Assembly: GCA_001513185.1 (NCBI GenBank)
Contig: LFST01000046.1
Span: forward strand, 171,739-235,738
From: Candidatus Fermentithermobacillaceae bacterium DTU015
Lineage (GTDB): Bacteria; Bacillota; Sulfobacillia; Fermentithermobacillales; Fermentithermobacillaceae
Direction: 5' to 3'
DNA length: 64,000 nt
The position numbers were made by a program, and so were the translations under genes. Shown here in pieces: positions 18,401-28,890 of the stretch (its first letter is position 1; each line of letters starts with the position of its first letter). The notes below the pieces were generated by a model that saw only the letters and a program-made list of their open reading frames with translations, was not told the DNA's origin and did not search any database.

Positions 18401-21082
18401 ATGAAACAGGATATATTTGCTAGATCGCTTACCACAAACATAACAGGATATTATGCCAGATGGGAGCAGCCTGCAGCCATCGACCCGGAACAAGCAAAAG
18501 CGCTATCGCGGATGCTGGATGTGCCTGCCGAAACCGCCTCAGTGCTCTTGAGGCGGGCCGGAGGATGTATCCAAACTGCCCTGGAGCTTTGGGAAGCTAA
18601 AGCACCCTTGCCGGATTTTAGGGCCCTCCCAGGGATTGAGCAAGCGGTTCACAGGCTTATGCAGGCTGCCGGCTCCGGGGAAAAGGTGCTGGTGTATTCG
18701 GATTTTGACGCCGACGGCGTGGCAGCCGGGGTGATCCTCAAGGAAGGGCTTGGACTTGCGGGGATACATAATGTAGATGTTTTCTTCCCGTGCAGGTTCA
18801 AGCATGGCTACGGGTTCCATGCAGACTTGATAGACACCTTCCATTCCCAAGGAGTAAGCCTCATAATCACCGCAGACTGCGGGATTACCGGCTGGGATGC
18901 ATGCAGGAAGGCACGGTCCCTGGGTATCGATGTGATCATCACCGATCACCACAGGCTCGGCCCGTGCTTGCCTGAGGCTTTTTCAATCCTAAACCCCCAA
19001 TTGCCCTCGTGGGAGGAGTTTGGGCTCAAGTTTCTCACAGGCGCCGGAGTTGCGTATTTGCTCATAAGGGCGCTCTTGGAAGCCGGGGGCCTGGGGGATG
19101 AGATGCCCCCTGATTGGGGCACCGACATGCTCGCCCTGTCCATCGGAGGAGACGGCCATCCTGTGACCGGGCTCAACCGCCTGTGGATAAAGCAGGGCAT
19201 GCAGGTGTTGCAATACACGTGCCGTCCCGGTATCTTTGCCCTGCTGTGTGTTTCGGGGATCTTTAAGTTAGGACAGGGTTTTGGCCTTGACGAGTGTATG
19301 GCCACTCTATTGCCGGAAAACGGCCTGGACGAGCCTTTTACCCTTGACGGTCTGGAAGCGGGCGCGCTTGAGGGCGCGGTTGAAATAAGGGATCTTGAGT
19401 TTGAGCGGGATGTTGTGTTTGCCTTGGTGCCCAGGATCAATGCAGCCGCAAGGCTCAGCCACGCCAAGGACGCATTTGACCTGCTGTGCGAGGAGGATTT
19501 GCCTAGAGCGTTCCAGATGGCAAAGCAACTTGACCGGCTCAACCGGGAAAGGCGCAGGATCGAGCTGGCCATGCTCCAGGAATGTTACGAAAGGCTGGAC
19601 CGGCAGGCTGCGACCAGCGTAGCGGGAGGGGAGTCCGGTGAATCCCAGGCACCCCAGGCGGCCGGGGCAGTTTACCTGGGATACCCCCGGTATTCCATCT
19701 GTGAAGCGGGGCACTCATGGCACCAGGGAGTGGTGGGCATCGCGGCGTCAAAGGTGAGGGACAGGTACTGGCGGCCATGTGCCTTGATTGCAGGAGAAGG
19801 CCCTGTGCTTAAGGGGTCGGTACGCGGAATACCCGGGCTTAACATACACCGGGTGTTGTCAGAGTGCAAGGACCTGTTGATCAATTACGGCGGACATAAG
19901 GCTGCGGGAGGATTTTCAGTCGCGAGTGAAAACATCCCTGCATTTGCAGACAAGTTTGAAGCTGTAGTGCAGGAACTCTTAGAAGACAAATTGATTGAAC
20001 CGGCGCTGCAGCTGGACGCACTCTTAAATCCCGGGGATTGCCGGGATGATGCGCTGATGACTCTGGTATCCCTGGAGCCTTTTGGTACTGGCAATCCCCG
20101 GCCTGCCTTGGGGCTTTTGGGAGGCAGGATAACCGGGGCAAGACTGCTGGGCAAGGACCAAGATCATCTCGAACTCACCGTAGGTGACGCTCAACACCAG
20201 GTGAGGCTGGTGTGGTTCGGCGGAGGGCATAAAGCGGTTCAGGTATGCCTCGCAGGAGCTTGCGACCTGGTATTTACCCCCAACCGCAACACATACCTTG
20301 GCAGGGATACGGTGTCTTTGTTTGTTGAGGATTTCCGGCTTGCTTGGAGCATGTTGGGCCAAAAATATACCGGGCTGGCCGGGTATATCCCAGACGGAAG
20401 GCCCGTGATTGTCTACACATGGAGCCCTGATGCGGCAGCTGCCATATGGGTTGGGTTGAAGCGCCTCGGGGTTGAGGCAGGTTTGCACCTGAGCAACCAT
20501 GGCGGTGCCCTGGCCCACAATGCCAAGGTTATCCTCAAGAGAGGCAGCGGGATAGTTGTGTCTACCGCTCCCTGGGATCTGATTAATGCGGATCTGGTGC
20601 GGGATGTAGCAGTGTTGGTGGTTCACCCGCCTGTTTCCACACAAGCCAGGGACAAGCTTTCAGATTTGCGAGGAGCAAATGGGATTGAGTGTGTGTGCCT
20701 GGATGGTTATGCTGATGATTCAATCACCTGGCTGCTTGCCCGCCATCCTTCAAAGGAATACATAGAGCAAGTGTGGAAGTTTCTCATTGGCAGATCTCGC
20801 AGGGGGTACATCCCTGTGTGGGAAGCCGGCCCTTTGTATGCGCAGAGGTTTGTAGAATTTGAGGGCGCCGCTTATGAGCAGCAATTGGTGCTCCTGGAAA
20901 CGTGTATTTCCATTATGATGGAACTGGGTATGATATCTTTCGATGTTGTCAACCGGATACCCATGTTTGTCTTACACAGACCCAAGGGACAAGTCAGCCT
21001 TTCAGGCTCACCCCTGTACGTGAAAGGGCGCAACCTTAGGAGGGCTGCCCGGGGGTTAATGGAACATTTGAGGGAGGGATAA
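18401..21082 (+). CDS. recJ: single-stranded-DNA-specific exonuclease RecJ (DHH/DHHA1)
   Basis: DHH motifs VYSDFDADGV and ITDHH. DHHA1 motif GGHKAAGGFSV. Conserved recJ-apt-relA context. Confidence 0.9.
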   Translation: MKQDIFARSLTTNITGYYARWEQPAAIDPEQAKALSRMLDVPAETASVLLRRAGGCIQTALELWEAKAPLPDFRALPGIEQAVHRLMQAAGSGEKVLVYSDFDADGVAAGVILKEGLGLAGIHNVDVFFPCRFKHGYGFHADLIDTFHSQGVSLIITADCGITGWDACRKARSLGIDVIITDHHRLGPCLPEAFSILNPQLPSWEEFGLKFLTGAGVAYLLIRALLEAGGLGDEMPPDWGTDMLALSIGGDGHPVTGLNRLWIKQGMQVLQYTCRPGIFALLCVSGIFKLGQGFGLDECMATLLPENGLDEPFTLDGLEAGALEGAVEIRDLEFERDVVFALVPRINAAARLSHAKDAFDLLCEEDLPRAFQMAKQLDRLNRERRRIELAMLQECYERLDRQAATSVAGGESGESQAPQAAGAVYLGYPRYSICEAGHSWHQGVVGIAASKVRDRYWRPCALIAGEGPVLKGSVRGIPGLNIHRVLSECKDLLINYGGHKAAGGFSVASENIPAFADKFEAVVQELLEDKLIEPALQLDALLNPGDCRDDALMTLVSLEPFGTGNPRPALGLLGGRITGARLLGKDQDHLELTVGDAQHQVRLVWFGGGHKAVQVCLAGACDLVFTPNRNTYLGRDTVSLFVEDFRLAWSMLGQKYTGLAGYIPDGRPVIVYTWSPDAAAAIWVGLKRLGVEAGLHLSNHGGALAHNAKVILKRGSGIVVSTAPWDLINADLVRDVAVLVVHPPVSTQARDKLSDLRGANGIECVCLDGYADDSITWLLARHPSKEYIEQVWKFLIGRSRRGYIPVWEAGPLYAQRFVEFEGAAYEQQLVLLETCISIMMELGMISFDVVNRIPMFVLHRPKGQVSLSGSPLYVKGRNLRRAARGLMEHLREG

Positions 21083-21085
21083 AGC

Positions 21086-21628
21086 ATGGGGGAAAGCATC
21101 GAAAAAGAGATAGCGTCGAATATTAGGGTGATTCCCGATTTTCCCCAGAAAGGGGTCAGCTTCAAAGACATTACTCCGCTTTTGAAAGATCCTGGACTGT
21201 TCAGGCTTTGCATCAACAGCCTCAAGGATGTGTGCGAGCAGATAGACTTCGACCTGATCGTGGCGCCTGAAGCCCGGGGATTCATCATAGGTAGCGCCCT
21301 TGCCTACGCCATGGGCAAAGGGTTTGCACCTGTCAGGAAAAAAGGCAAGTTGCCCTGGGAAACCCTTCAGGGTGAGTACCAGCTGGAATATGGAACTGAT
21401 ACTCTTGAGATACATAAAGATGCGGTAGCGCCGGGGCAAAAGGTACTGGTTGTAGACGACCTGCTTGCCACAGGAGGCACCATTGCCGCTACCATCGATA
21501 TGGTGGAGAAACTTGGCGGCCAAATCGCCGGCCTGGTGTTCTTGATTGAGTTGACTTACATTCCGGGTAGGGCTAATCTAAGTAAAATGGGGTATCAAGT
21601 TCATTCCGTGGTTAAGCTCGACAGTTGA
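21086..21628 (+). CDS. apt: adenine phosphoribosyltransferase
   Basis: VLVVDDLLATGGT PRPP motif. Apt-length protein (180 aa). Confidence 0.9.
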   Translation: MGESIEKEIASNIRVIPDFPQKGVSFKDITPLLKDPGLFRLCINSLKDVCEQIDFDLIVAPEARGFIIGSALAYAMGKGFAPVRKKGKLPWETLQGEYQLEYGTDTLEIHKDAVAPGQKVLVVDDLLATGGTIAATIDMVEKLGGQIAGLVFLIELTYIPGRANLSKMGYQVHSVVKLDS

Positions 21629-21676
21629 GCACGCTTGCTAAAGCAGGCAAAGTCTAAGTGTAATCAATAAGATATG

Positions 21677-21728
21677 ATGCTTAGGGAAAAAAGCGACATT
21701 CGGGCTAATACACAAACCAGGAATGTCG
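21677..21728 (+). terminator. intrinsic terminator after apt
   Basis: AAAAAAGCGACATTC / GAATGTCGCTTTTT 14-bp stem with ~19-nt loop, followed by UUUUUG. Confidence 0.6.
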
Positions 21729-21745
21729 CTTTTTGAAAATTTAAG

Positions 21746-23920
21746 GTGGGAGCCATGGCAGTAACTAAACTGCAAGACGACATAGGTGCATACTTGCAGG
21801 ACCAGGAGAGGGAACTGGTCCAAAGGGCCTATGTTTTTGCTGCCAAGGCTCACGAGGGTCAGTATAGGCTGTCGGGCGAGGAATATATCCACCATCCCGT
21901 GGCTGTAGCCCGGATACTGTCTGAACTTGAAGGTGATGCCGACACCCTCGCAGCTGCCCTGCTCCACGATGTGGTGGAAGATACTGACGTTACCCTCGAA
22001 GAAATCCGCCAGGAATTCGGGCCTGAAATCGCCAGGCTGGTCGACGGAGTGACCAAGCTAAGCCGGATCCAGTTTCACTCCCGGGTGGAAGAGCAGGTAT
22101 CAAACTTGAGAAAGATGTTTCTGGCCATGGCGGAAGACTGGCGGGTAGTGGTAATCCGGCTTGCCGACAGGCTGCACAACCTCAGGACCCTAGGTGCGCT
22201 TCCTGTTGAGAAACAAAAGCAGACTGCCGAGGAAACCCTGGACATTTACGCCCCCCTGGCCCACAGGCTGGGGATTTGGCGGTTTAAGTGGGAACTTGAG
22301 GATTTGAGTTTCAGGTACCTCTACCCTGAAGACTACCGGTCCCTGGCAGAGCAGATCTCTGCCAAACGCAGCGAGCGCGAAGCCGAGGTAGCTATGGTGA
22401 TCAGCCGTCTGCAGGCTTCACTCCAGGAACACGGGATACAAGCGGAAGTTCAGGGGAGGGCCAAGAACCTTTACAGTATTTACAGGAAGATGAAGCGCCA
22501 GGCCATTGATATTTCTCAGATATACGACCTGTTGGCAGTGAGGGTGATCGTGGCTACCGTGAGCGATTGTTATGAAGTGTTGGGGCTGGCCCATACCCTC
22601 TGGAAACCCATGCCCGGAAGGTTCAAGGACTACATTGCCATGCCCAAGCCCAACGGCTACCAGTCACTCCACACAACTGTGCTAGGGCCTTTGGGGAAGC
22701 CTTTTGAAATACAGATACGGACCAGAGACATGGACCGGACTGCAGAATACGGCAGTGCGGCCCATTGGAAATACAAAGAGGGAAAGGCCGACCAGTCCTT
22801 TGACCAGAAGATGTCATGGTTGCGCCAGCTCCTGGATTGGCAACGGGAGATGACCGACGCCGGCGAGTTCATGGAGGCTCTCAAACTGGACCTGTTCAAT
22901 GACGAGGTGTTCGTGTTTACCCCCAAAGGCGACGTGATCGATCTGCCTGTCGGGTCTACGCCTCTGGATTTTGCTTACAGGATCCACACAGACGTAGGCC
23001 ACCAGTGCGTCGGGGCAAAAGTCAACGGCAGGCTGGTGCCTTTATCATACAAACTCAATACAGGCGACATAGTGGAGATCCTTACTTCACGCCAGTCATC
23101 GGGGCCCAGCCGGGACTGGCTGGACATTGTGAAGACATCCACGGCGCGCTCGAAGATCCGGGCGTACTTCAGGAAACTGCTCAGAGAAGAAGACATCGCC
23201 CGGGGTAAGGCTGCCCTTGAGAACGAAGTCCAACAGAAACTGGGCGTGAAGTTAGCGGACCTGATTGAGGCAGGCGTAGCCTCCAACGTGCTCAAGAAGC
23301 TCAACTATCATGACTTCCAGAGCCTGTACGCGGCTATCTCCTACGGGGGAATCAGCGCCGTCCACGTAACCACCAGGCTGCGGGAAGAGGCTCTCAAGGC
23401 CGCACCTGACCTTTTGCCTAAGCGGGAAGAGACGCCAAAGGCCGCCCCTAAGAAGCCCAGGGGGCCGGAAGAGGCGGTTATTGTCAAAGGGATGGACGGG
23501 ATCCTGGTGCGGCTGGCACAGTGCTGCTCGCCTTTGCCCGGAGACCAGATAATCGGGTATATCACCAGAGGCCGGGGTGTCACCATCCATAGGCTGGATT
23601 GTCCCACTTTGTTGTCGCTTACCGATACTGAGCGGTTTATCGAAGCGACGTGGAAGGCTGAGGTAAGGGCGTCTTACCCTGTGGAAATACTGGTGGAAGG
23701 CGAGGACAGGCCGGGGCTGTTTGCTGAGGTCACCTCTGTAATAGCCAGCATGGGTTCAAACATAACCAACGCTACCGCTAGGGGGTGTCCTGACGGGACG
23801 GCCAGGATCACCATCCAGTTTGAAACCCATGACCTTAACGAACTCAGGAAAGTGGTAGCCGGTATCAGGCAAGTAGAAGGGATTGCAGCAGTAAAGCGTG
23901 TTTTCGGTAAGGGGAGATAA
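21746..23920 (+). CDS. relA: bifunctional (p)ppGpp synthetase/hydrolase RelA/SpoT
   Basis: N-terminal HD hydrolase domain (HDVVEDT), synthetase domain, TGS and ACT domains. The ATG at 21755 after SD AAGGTGGGA is the likelier start. Confidence 0.9.
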   Translation: MGAMAVTKLQDDIGAYLQDQERELVQRAYVFAAKAHEGQYRLSGEEYIHHPVAVARILSELEGDADTLAAALLHDVVEDTDVTLEEIRQEFGPEIARLVDGVTKLSRIQFHSRVEEQVSNLRKMFLAMAEDWRVVVIRLADRLHNLRTLGALPVEKQKQTAEETLDIYAPLAHRLGIWRFKWELEDLSFRYLYPEDYRSLAEQISAKRSEREAEVAMVISRLQASLQEHGIQAEVQGRAKNLYSIYRKMKRQAIDISQIYDLLAVRVIVATVSDCYEVLGLAHTLWKPMPGRFKDYIAMPKPNGYQSLHTTVLGPLGKPFEIQIRTRDMDRTAEYGSAAHWKYKEGKADQSFDQKMSWLRQLLDWQREMTDAGEFMEALKLDLFNDEVFVFTPKGDVIDLPVGSTPLDFAYRIHTDVGHQCVGAKVNGRLVPLSYKLNTGDIVEILTSRQSSGPSRDWLDIVKTSTARSKIRAYFRKLLREEDIARGKAALENEVQQKLGVKLADLIEAGVASNVLKKLNYHDFQSLYAAISYGGISAVHVTTRLREEALKAAPDLLPKREETPKAAPKKPRGPEEAVIVKGMDGILVRLAQCCSPLPGDQIIGYITRGRGVTIHRLDCPTLLSLTDTERFIEATWKAEVRASYPVEILVEGEDRPGLFAEVTSVIASMGSNITNATARGCPDGTARITIQFETHDLNELRKVVAGIRQVEGIAAVKRVFGKGR

Positions 23921-23923
23921 GAT

Positions 23924-24373
23924 TTGCGGGCTGTATTCCAACGGGTAAAAAGGGCAAGAGTCGTAGTAGACGGCGAACAAGTGTCAGCCATCGGCCCGGG
24001 AGCCCTGGTGCTTTTAGGCGTGGGGAAGGACGACACTGAAAAGGATGTAACCTACATGGCCGGGAAAATTGCCGGTTTGAGGGTGTTCTCTGACAATGAA
24101 GGCAAGATGAACCTTTCCCTTCAGGACGTATCAGGCGAAGTGCTGGTAGTATCCCAGTTTACGCTGTATGGAGATGTAAAGAAGGGTAAACGCCCCGGGT
24201 TCGATGGGGCAGCACCTCCAGATAAGGGTGAGGAGCTATACCTAAGAGTTGTAGAGGAATTGCGCCAACTGGGGCTGGCTGTGCAAACCGGGGTTTTCGG
24301 AGCCAATATGCAGGTGGAACTGGTAAACGACGGGCCGGTTACCATATTGATTTCCAGCAAGAAAGAGTTTTGA
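23924..24373 (+). CDS. dtd: D-aminoacyl-tRNA deacylase
   Basis: [18 protein letters not shown]... is typical of Dtd. TTG start after SD GGGGAGATAA. Confidence 0.9.
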   Translation: MRAVFQRVKRARVVVDGEQVSAIGPGALVLLGVGKDDTEKDVTYMAGKIAGLRVFSDNEGKMNLSLQDVSGEVLVVSQFTLYGDVKKGKRPGFDGAAPPDKGEELYLRVVEELRQLGLAVQTGVFGANMQVELVNDGPVTILISSKKEF

Positions 24374-24397
24374 ATCTACCTTTCGGCGAAAGGCGGG

Positions 24398-25060
24398 TTG
24401 CGGGTGAAGGTTCACAGGCGTGTCGTAGGCCGGCTGCAGACAAACTGCTATATCGTAGAAGACGAAGCATCCAAGAAATGCATAGTCATAGACCCCGGTG
24501 GGGACGGCCAGGGCATCCTTGATTTCATCGACAGCCAGGGGCTGGAGCTCCACAGCATCGTGATCACCCATGGACATATCGACCATTTCCTTGATGCAGG
24601 CTATATCCAGGCTAAGACATCGGTGCCTGTGCTAATCGCCGAGGCTGACAGCAAGTTCCTGGAAGATCCCGGCTGGATGCGGGCTTTTGCCGGCACTCAC
24701 CAAATGATCCGGCCGGCACAGATCACCTTTGTAAAGGAAGGCGATGTGATAAGCTTCGGTAATACCTGCCTCCGCGTAATCGAGACACCTGGGCACAGCC
24801 CTGGTTCGGTTTGCTTGTACTGGCCGGGCAACCAGGATACCCAAGACTCCCAGGGCGGGCCGGGAGTGCTGTTTTCCGGTGACCTTATTTTCAGACTAAG
24901 TGTGGGCAGGACGGATTTTCCAGGAGGGGATGCCTACAAGCTTGTGGAAAGCATCCGTAATAAGGTGTTTACCCTGCCTGACGATACAATCATATATCCA
25001 GGCCACGACGAACAAACCACAGTGGGGAGAGAACGTACGCAGAATCCCTTTGTGTGCTAG
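24398..25060 (+). CDS. MBL-fold metallo-hydrolase (glyoxalase II-like)
   Basis: HGHIDH metal-binding motif, ~220 aa. Confidence 0.8.
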   Translation: MRVKVHRRVVGRLQTNCYIVEDEASKKCIVIDPGGDGQGILDFIDSQGLELHSIVITHGHIDHFLDAGYIQAKTSVPVLIAEADSKFLEDPGWMRAFAGTHQMIRPAQITFVKEGDVISFGNTCLRVIETPGHSPGSVCLYWPGNQDTQDSQGGPGVLFSGDLIFRLSVGRTDFPGGDAYKLVESIRNKVFTLPDDTIIYPGHDEQTTVGRERTQNPFVC

Positions 25061-25075
25061 AGTGGAGGGGTAGTT

Positions 25076-26356
25076 ATGCTGAGAGCACCTCGGGGCACCA
25101 AAGACATCTTGCCTCCCGAGTCGCATAAATGGGCTTATCTTGAATCGCTCCTTAGGCGGCTCTCTAAGCTCTACAATTTTGAAGAGATCAGGACCCCCAT
25201 ATTTGAGTACACTGAACTGTTTTCCAGGACCGTAGGGGAGTCCACCGATATTGTCAGGAAAGAAATGTACACCTTCCAGGACAAAGGCGGCAGGGACCTG
25301 ACCCTCAGGCCTGAGGGCACGGCGCCTGTAGCCCGGGCGTTCCTGGAGCGGGGGCTCGCCCAGGGCGCTTTGCCAAAGAAGTTGTTCTATCTGGGCCCCA
25401 TGTTCCGCTATGAGAAACCCCAGGCGGGCCGGTACAGGGAGTTTGTACAGTACGGGGTAGAAATCCTAGGTTCACCCTCTGCATACTCAGACGTGGAAGT
25501 GATCTTGCTTGCGGTGAGGATCGCCGAGGAATTGGGGCTTACCGGCACTGTGCTTTATATAAATACTATCGGTTGCCCCAAATGCCGCCAGGCCCACAGG
25601 GAGGATTTCGTGAAGCACATTTCAAGCAGGGCAAAACAGCTTTGCAAGGACTGCCTGGAAAGGCTCGAGACCAACCCCATGAGGATTCTCGACTGCAAGA
25701 ACCCGGCGTGCCGGGAAGCTGTTGCAGATGTGCCCTTGGTCAAGGATTACCTGTGTGATGACTGCCAGGAGCATTGGGATACCCTTCAACAGCTTCTAGA
25801 GTCTCTTGGGCTTGAGTATACTGTTGACCCTACCCTGGTAAGGGGGCTTGACTACTATACTAAGACAGTGTTTGAGCTCAAATGGCCTCCCCTTGGTGCC
25901 CAGGACGCCATCATTGGCGGGGGCCGCTACGACGGGCTCATTGAAGAACTGGGCGGCAAGCCATGCCCTGGAGTGGGGTTTGCCGTGGGGGTTGAGAGGC
26001 TGCTTCTGGCGGCGGAGAAGGGCCAGAAACCCTTGAACCCTGATGTATCCATCGATTGCTTTGTGGTTTTCCCCGGGGGCGGAGACAGGCGTCTTGCACA
26101 GGCAGGCTTTAAACTGGTCAACGACTTGCGGGGCTCGGGGCTTTCAAGCGACTTCGACCCATTAGGCAGAAGCATGAAGGCTCAGATGAAGCATGCGGAC
26201 AGGCTCAACGCCAGGTACGTTGCAATACTCGGGGAAGCCGAATTCGAACAAGGCCTTGTGACAATAAGGTCCATGGAACACGGGTGGCAGAAGCAGGTTT
26301 CCGCCGGACAAGTGTTAGATTTCATGAAGGAGGAAGTCTCAGGTGGCAGCAAATGA
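25076..26356 (+). CDS. hisS: histidine--tRNA ligase
   Basis: Class II aaRS motifs. HisS-typical RGTKD, RPEGTAPVARA and GGGRYDGL. Confidence 0.9.
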   Translation: MLRAPRGTKDILPPESHKWAYLESLLRRLSKLYNFEEIRTPIFEYTELFSRTVGESTDIVRKEMYTFQDKGGRDLTLRPEGTAPVARAFLERGLAQGALPKKLFYLGPMFRYEKPQAGRYREFVQYGVEILGSPSAYSDVEVILLAVRIAEELGLTGTVLYINTIGCPKCRQAHREDFVKHISSRAKQLCKDCLERLETNPMRILDCKNPACREAVADVPLVKDYLCDDCQEHWDTLQQLLESLGLEYTVDPTLVRGLDYYTKTVFELKWPPLGAQDAIIGGGRYDGLIEELGGKPCPGVGFAVGVERLLLAAEKGQKPLNPDVSIDCFVVFPGGGDRRLAQAGFKLVNDLRGSGLSSDFDPLGRSMKAQMKHADRLNARYVAILGEAEFEQGLVTIRSMEHGWQKQVSAGQVLDFMKEEVSGGSK

Positions 26357-28208
26357 CGGAGAAAAACTCACAAACGGGACGTCTCCTGTGGCCTTAAGCA
26401 GGTATCAGGGGGAAAAACGGACTTGCTATTGCGGGGAACTTGGAGAAAAAGATGTGGGTTCCAAAGTGGTGCTGATGGGTTGGGTCAACCGCCAGAGGGA
26501 CCTGGGTGAGCTCATCTTCATCGATTTGCGTGACCGTACCGGCATGGTCCAGGTGGTCACGGATCATAAAAGATCTCCTGAGAGTTTCAAAGTGGCAAAG
26601 AAAGTACGTTCAGAATATGTGCTGTGCGTGTCGGGCACGGTGGTTAAGCGGGCGCCGGGTACTGAAAACCCCAATTCCCCCACCGGCACCATAGAAGTGA
26701 TGGCCGACGCGATCAAGGTTTACAACAGGGCCAAGACGCCTCCTTTCGTGATCCGGGATGAAGCCGAACCTGACGAGGGGCTGAGGATGAGGTACCGGTA
26801 TCTCGACCTCAGGCGGTTGCCTATGCTCAGGAACCTTGAACTCAGACACAAGGCCACCCTGGCAGTGAGGAACTATTTGTCCCAAAACGGCTTCTGGGAA
26901 GTGGAGACCCCCACCATGACCAAGAGCACGCCCGAGGGCGCCAGGGACTACCTGGTTCCATCAAGGCTGGACCCGGGCAATTTTTACGCCTTAGCTCAAT
27001 CGCCTCAGCTCTTCAAGCAGCTCCTGATGGTGTCAGGCGTAGATAAGTACTTCCAGATCGCCCGTTGCTACAGGGACGAAGACCTGAGGGCAGACAGGCA
27101 GCCTGAATTTACCCAGATCGATATTGAAGTATCGTTTTCAGATGAAGAGCAACTGTTTGCCTTGATCGAAGGCATGATGAAATACTTGTGGAAACAAGTC
27201 CTGGATATAGACGTTACCCTGCCTTTCCCCAAGATGACGTGGCAGGAGGCCATGGAGCGCTACGGCACTGACAAACCTGATATCCGCTTTGGGATGGAAA
27301 TCCACGATATTACCGGGGTAGTTAAGGATTCAGGCTTTATGGTATTTAGGAATACTGTAAACTCCCAGGGCACGGTCAGAGCCTTATGCGCACCGGGATG
27401 CGCCGGCTTTTCCAGGCAGCAACTTGATGCCCTGGTGGCCCAAGCCAAAGAGTTTGGAGCTTCAGGCTTGATACACCTGGCATATCTGCCTGGGGGAGAG
27501 GTAAAGTCCCCTGTAAGAAAGCACCTCTCAGAGGAAGAGATCGAAGGTATTGCAAGAGCTACAGGGGCCAGAGAGGGCGATTTGGTGTTGGTAGTGGCGG
27601 GCCCGTTTGAAACAGCTGTTACAGTGTTGGGCAGGCTCCGGTTGAGCCTTGGGGAGAAGCTAGGGCTCATACCAGAAGATAAGTATGAGTTCTTGTGGGT
27701 CACTGAGTTCCCGCTGCTTGAGAAGAACGAGGAAGACGGGCGCTGGCAAGCGGTCCACCATCCATTTACCAGCCCTGTGGCCAGGCACGTAGATCTCTTG
27801 GAATCAGAGGACGACTCGGTGAGAGCCCAGATTCGGGCACGGGCTTACGATTTAGTATTAAATGGGGTGGAACTGGCGTCAGGCTCTGTACGTATACATG
27901 AAAGGGAACTCCAGGACAAGATGTTCAGGCTGCTCAATCTTTCGCCTGAAGAAGCCGACGAGAAGTTTGGGTTCTTGTTGGAAGCATTTGAATACGGGGC
28001 GCCTCCCCATTGCGGGATCGCATTTGGGCTCGACAGGCTGGTCATGCTGATGGCGGGAGCCGGCACTATAAGGGATGTGATAGCATTTCCCAAGACCACC
28101 AAGGCGACCTGTCTGCTTACAGGGGCGCCGTCGCAAGTGTCAGCTGAACAACTCGAGGAACTTGGTTTGTGCCTCAAACTTAAGCAGGAGGAGAAGGCCT
28201 GCAAGTAG
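26343..28208 (+). CDS. aspS: aspartate--tRNA ligase
   Basis: RTCYCGEL, IFIDLRDR, QSPQLFKQLLM and FGLDRLVML. GTG start after SD GGAGGA, overlapping the hisS stop. Confidence 0.9.
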   Translation: MAANDGEKLTNGTSPVALSRYQGEKRTCYCGELGEKDVGSKVVLMGWVNRQRDLGELIFIDLRDRTGMVQVVTDHKRSPESFKVAKKVRSEYVLCVSGTVVKRAPGTENPNSPTGTIEVMADAIKVYNRAKTPPFVIRDEAEPDEGLRMRYRYLDLRRLPMLRNLELRHKATLAVRNYLSQNGFWEVETPTMTKSTPEGARDYLVPSRLDPGNFYALAQSPQLFKQLLMVSGVDKYFQIARCYRDEDLRADRQPEFTQIDIEVSFSDEEQLFALIEGMMKYLWKQVLDIDVTLPFPKMTWQEAMERYGTDKPDIRFGMEIHDITGVVKDSGFMVFRNTVNSQGTVRALCAPGCAGFSRQQLDALVAQAKEFGASGLIHLAYLPGGEVKSPVRKHLSEEEIEGIARATGAREGDLVLVVAGPFETAVTVLGRLRLSLGEKLGLIPEDKYEFLWVTEFPLLEKNEEDGRWQAVHHPFTSPVARHVDLLESEDDSVRAQIRARAYDLVLNGVELASGSVRIHERELQDKMFRLLNLSPEEADEKFGFLLEAFEYGAPPHCGIAFGLDRLVMLMAGAGTIRDVIAFPKTTKATCLLTGAPSQVSAEQLEELGLCLKLKQEEKACK

Positions 28209-28272
28209 TTGCAGATAAGTTTGGGCTTCGACATTTTGTGCTAGTCGCACATTGATACCGGAGGGGAAGTCG

Positions 28273-28890
28273 GTGGCTTTACCAAACGAGCAAGTCCTTG
28301 TCCAAAGGGCTTCAAAGGGTGACCTGCAAGCTTTTGAGGCTCTTGTCAAGGCATATGAAACCAAACTGTATAACGTGGCTTTACGCATGGTATCTGACAG
28401 CGAGGACGCCATGGACATAGTGCAGGAAGTGTTCCTCAAAGCATACCAAGCTTTGCCCAACTTCAGGGGAGACAGCAAGTTCTCCACCTGGATATACAGG
28501 ATTTGCATGAACGCTTCTTTGGACCATTTAAGGAGACGCAAGAAATCCCAAGTATACTCGCTGGATGCACCGATAGAATTCCCTGATTCAGAAGCCCAAA
28601 GGCAGGTAGAAGACACAGCCGAGAGCACTGAGGAAATCGTAGAGGCCAGGTTCCTCGGCGAAAAGCTGCTGGAAATCCTGAGCGATCTTGAGCCCCATTA
28701 CCGTGCAGTGCTGATCCTGTGCGATGTGCAGGGCTACTCGTACCAGGAAATCGCGGAGATCCTGGATATGTCTCTGGGTACGGTTAAGTCACGGATTCAC
28801 AGGGCTAGGAATATCTTAAGAAAATTGATGGATGCGGAACAAATCTTTCCTTCTTACGTCAAACAGGACGCAAGGAGGGATGATAGGTGA
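28273..28890 (+). CDS. ECF-subfamily RNA polymerase sigma-70 factor
   Basis: Sigma-70 region 2 (DIVQEVFLKAYQAL) and region 4 HTH. GTG 28273 lies 5 nt after SD GGAGGGGA. The track ORF begins 21 nt earlier. Confidence 0.8.
   Translation: MALPNEQVLVQRASKGDLQAFEALVKAYETKLYNVALRMVSDSEDAMDIVQEVFLKAYQALPNFRGDSKFSTWIYRICMNASLDHLRRRKKSQVYSLDAPIEFPDSEAQRQVEDTAESTEEIVEARFLGEKLLEILSDLEPHYRAVLILCDVQGYSYQEIAEILDMSLGTVKSRIHRARNILRKLMDAEQIFPSYVKQDARRDDR

Noticed and set aside
25061-25075. Expected T-box leader upstream of hisS-aspS (present in Bacillus)
   Set aside because: Only 15 nt separate the MBL hydrolase gene from hisS. The dtd-MBL and relA-dtd gaps are also too short for a ~250-nt T-box.
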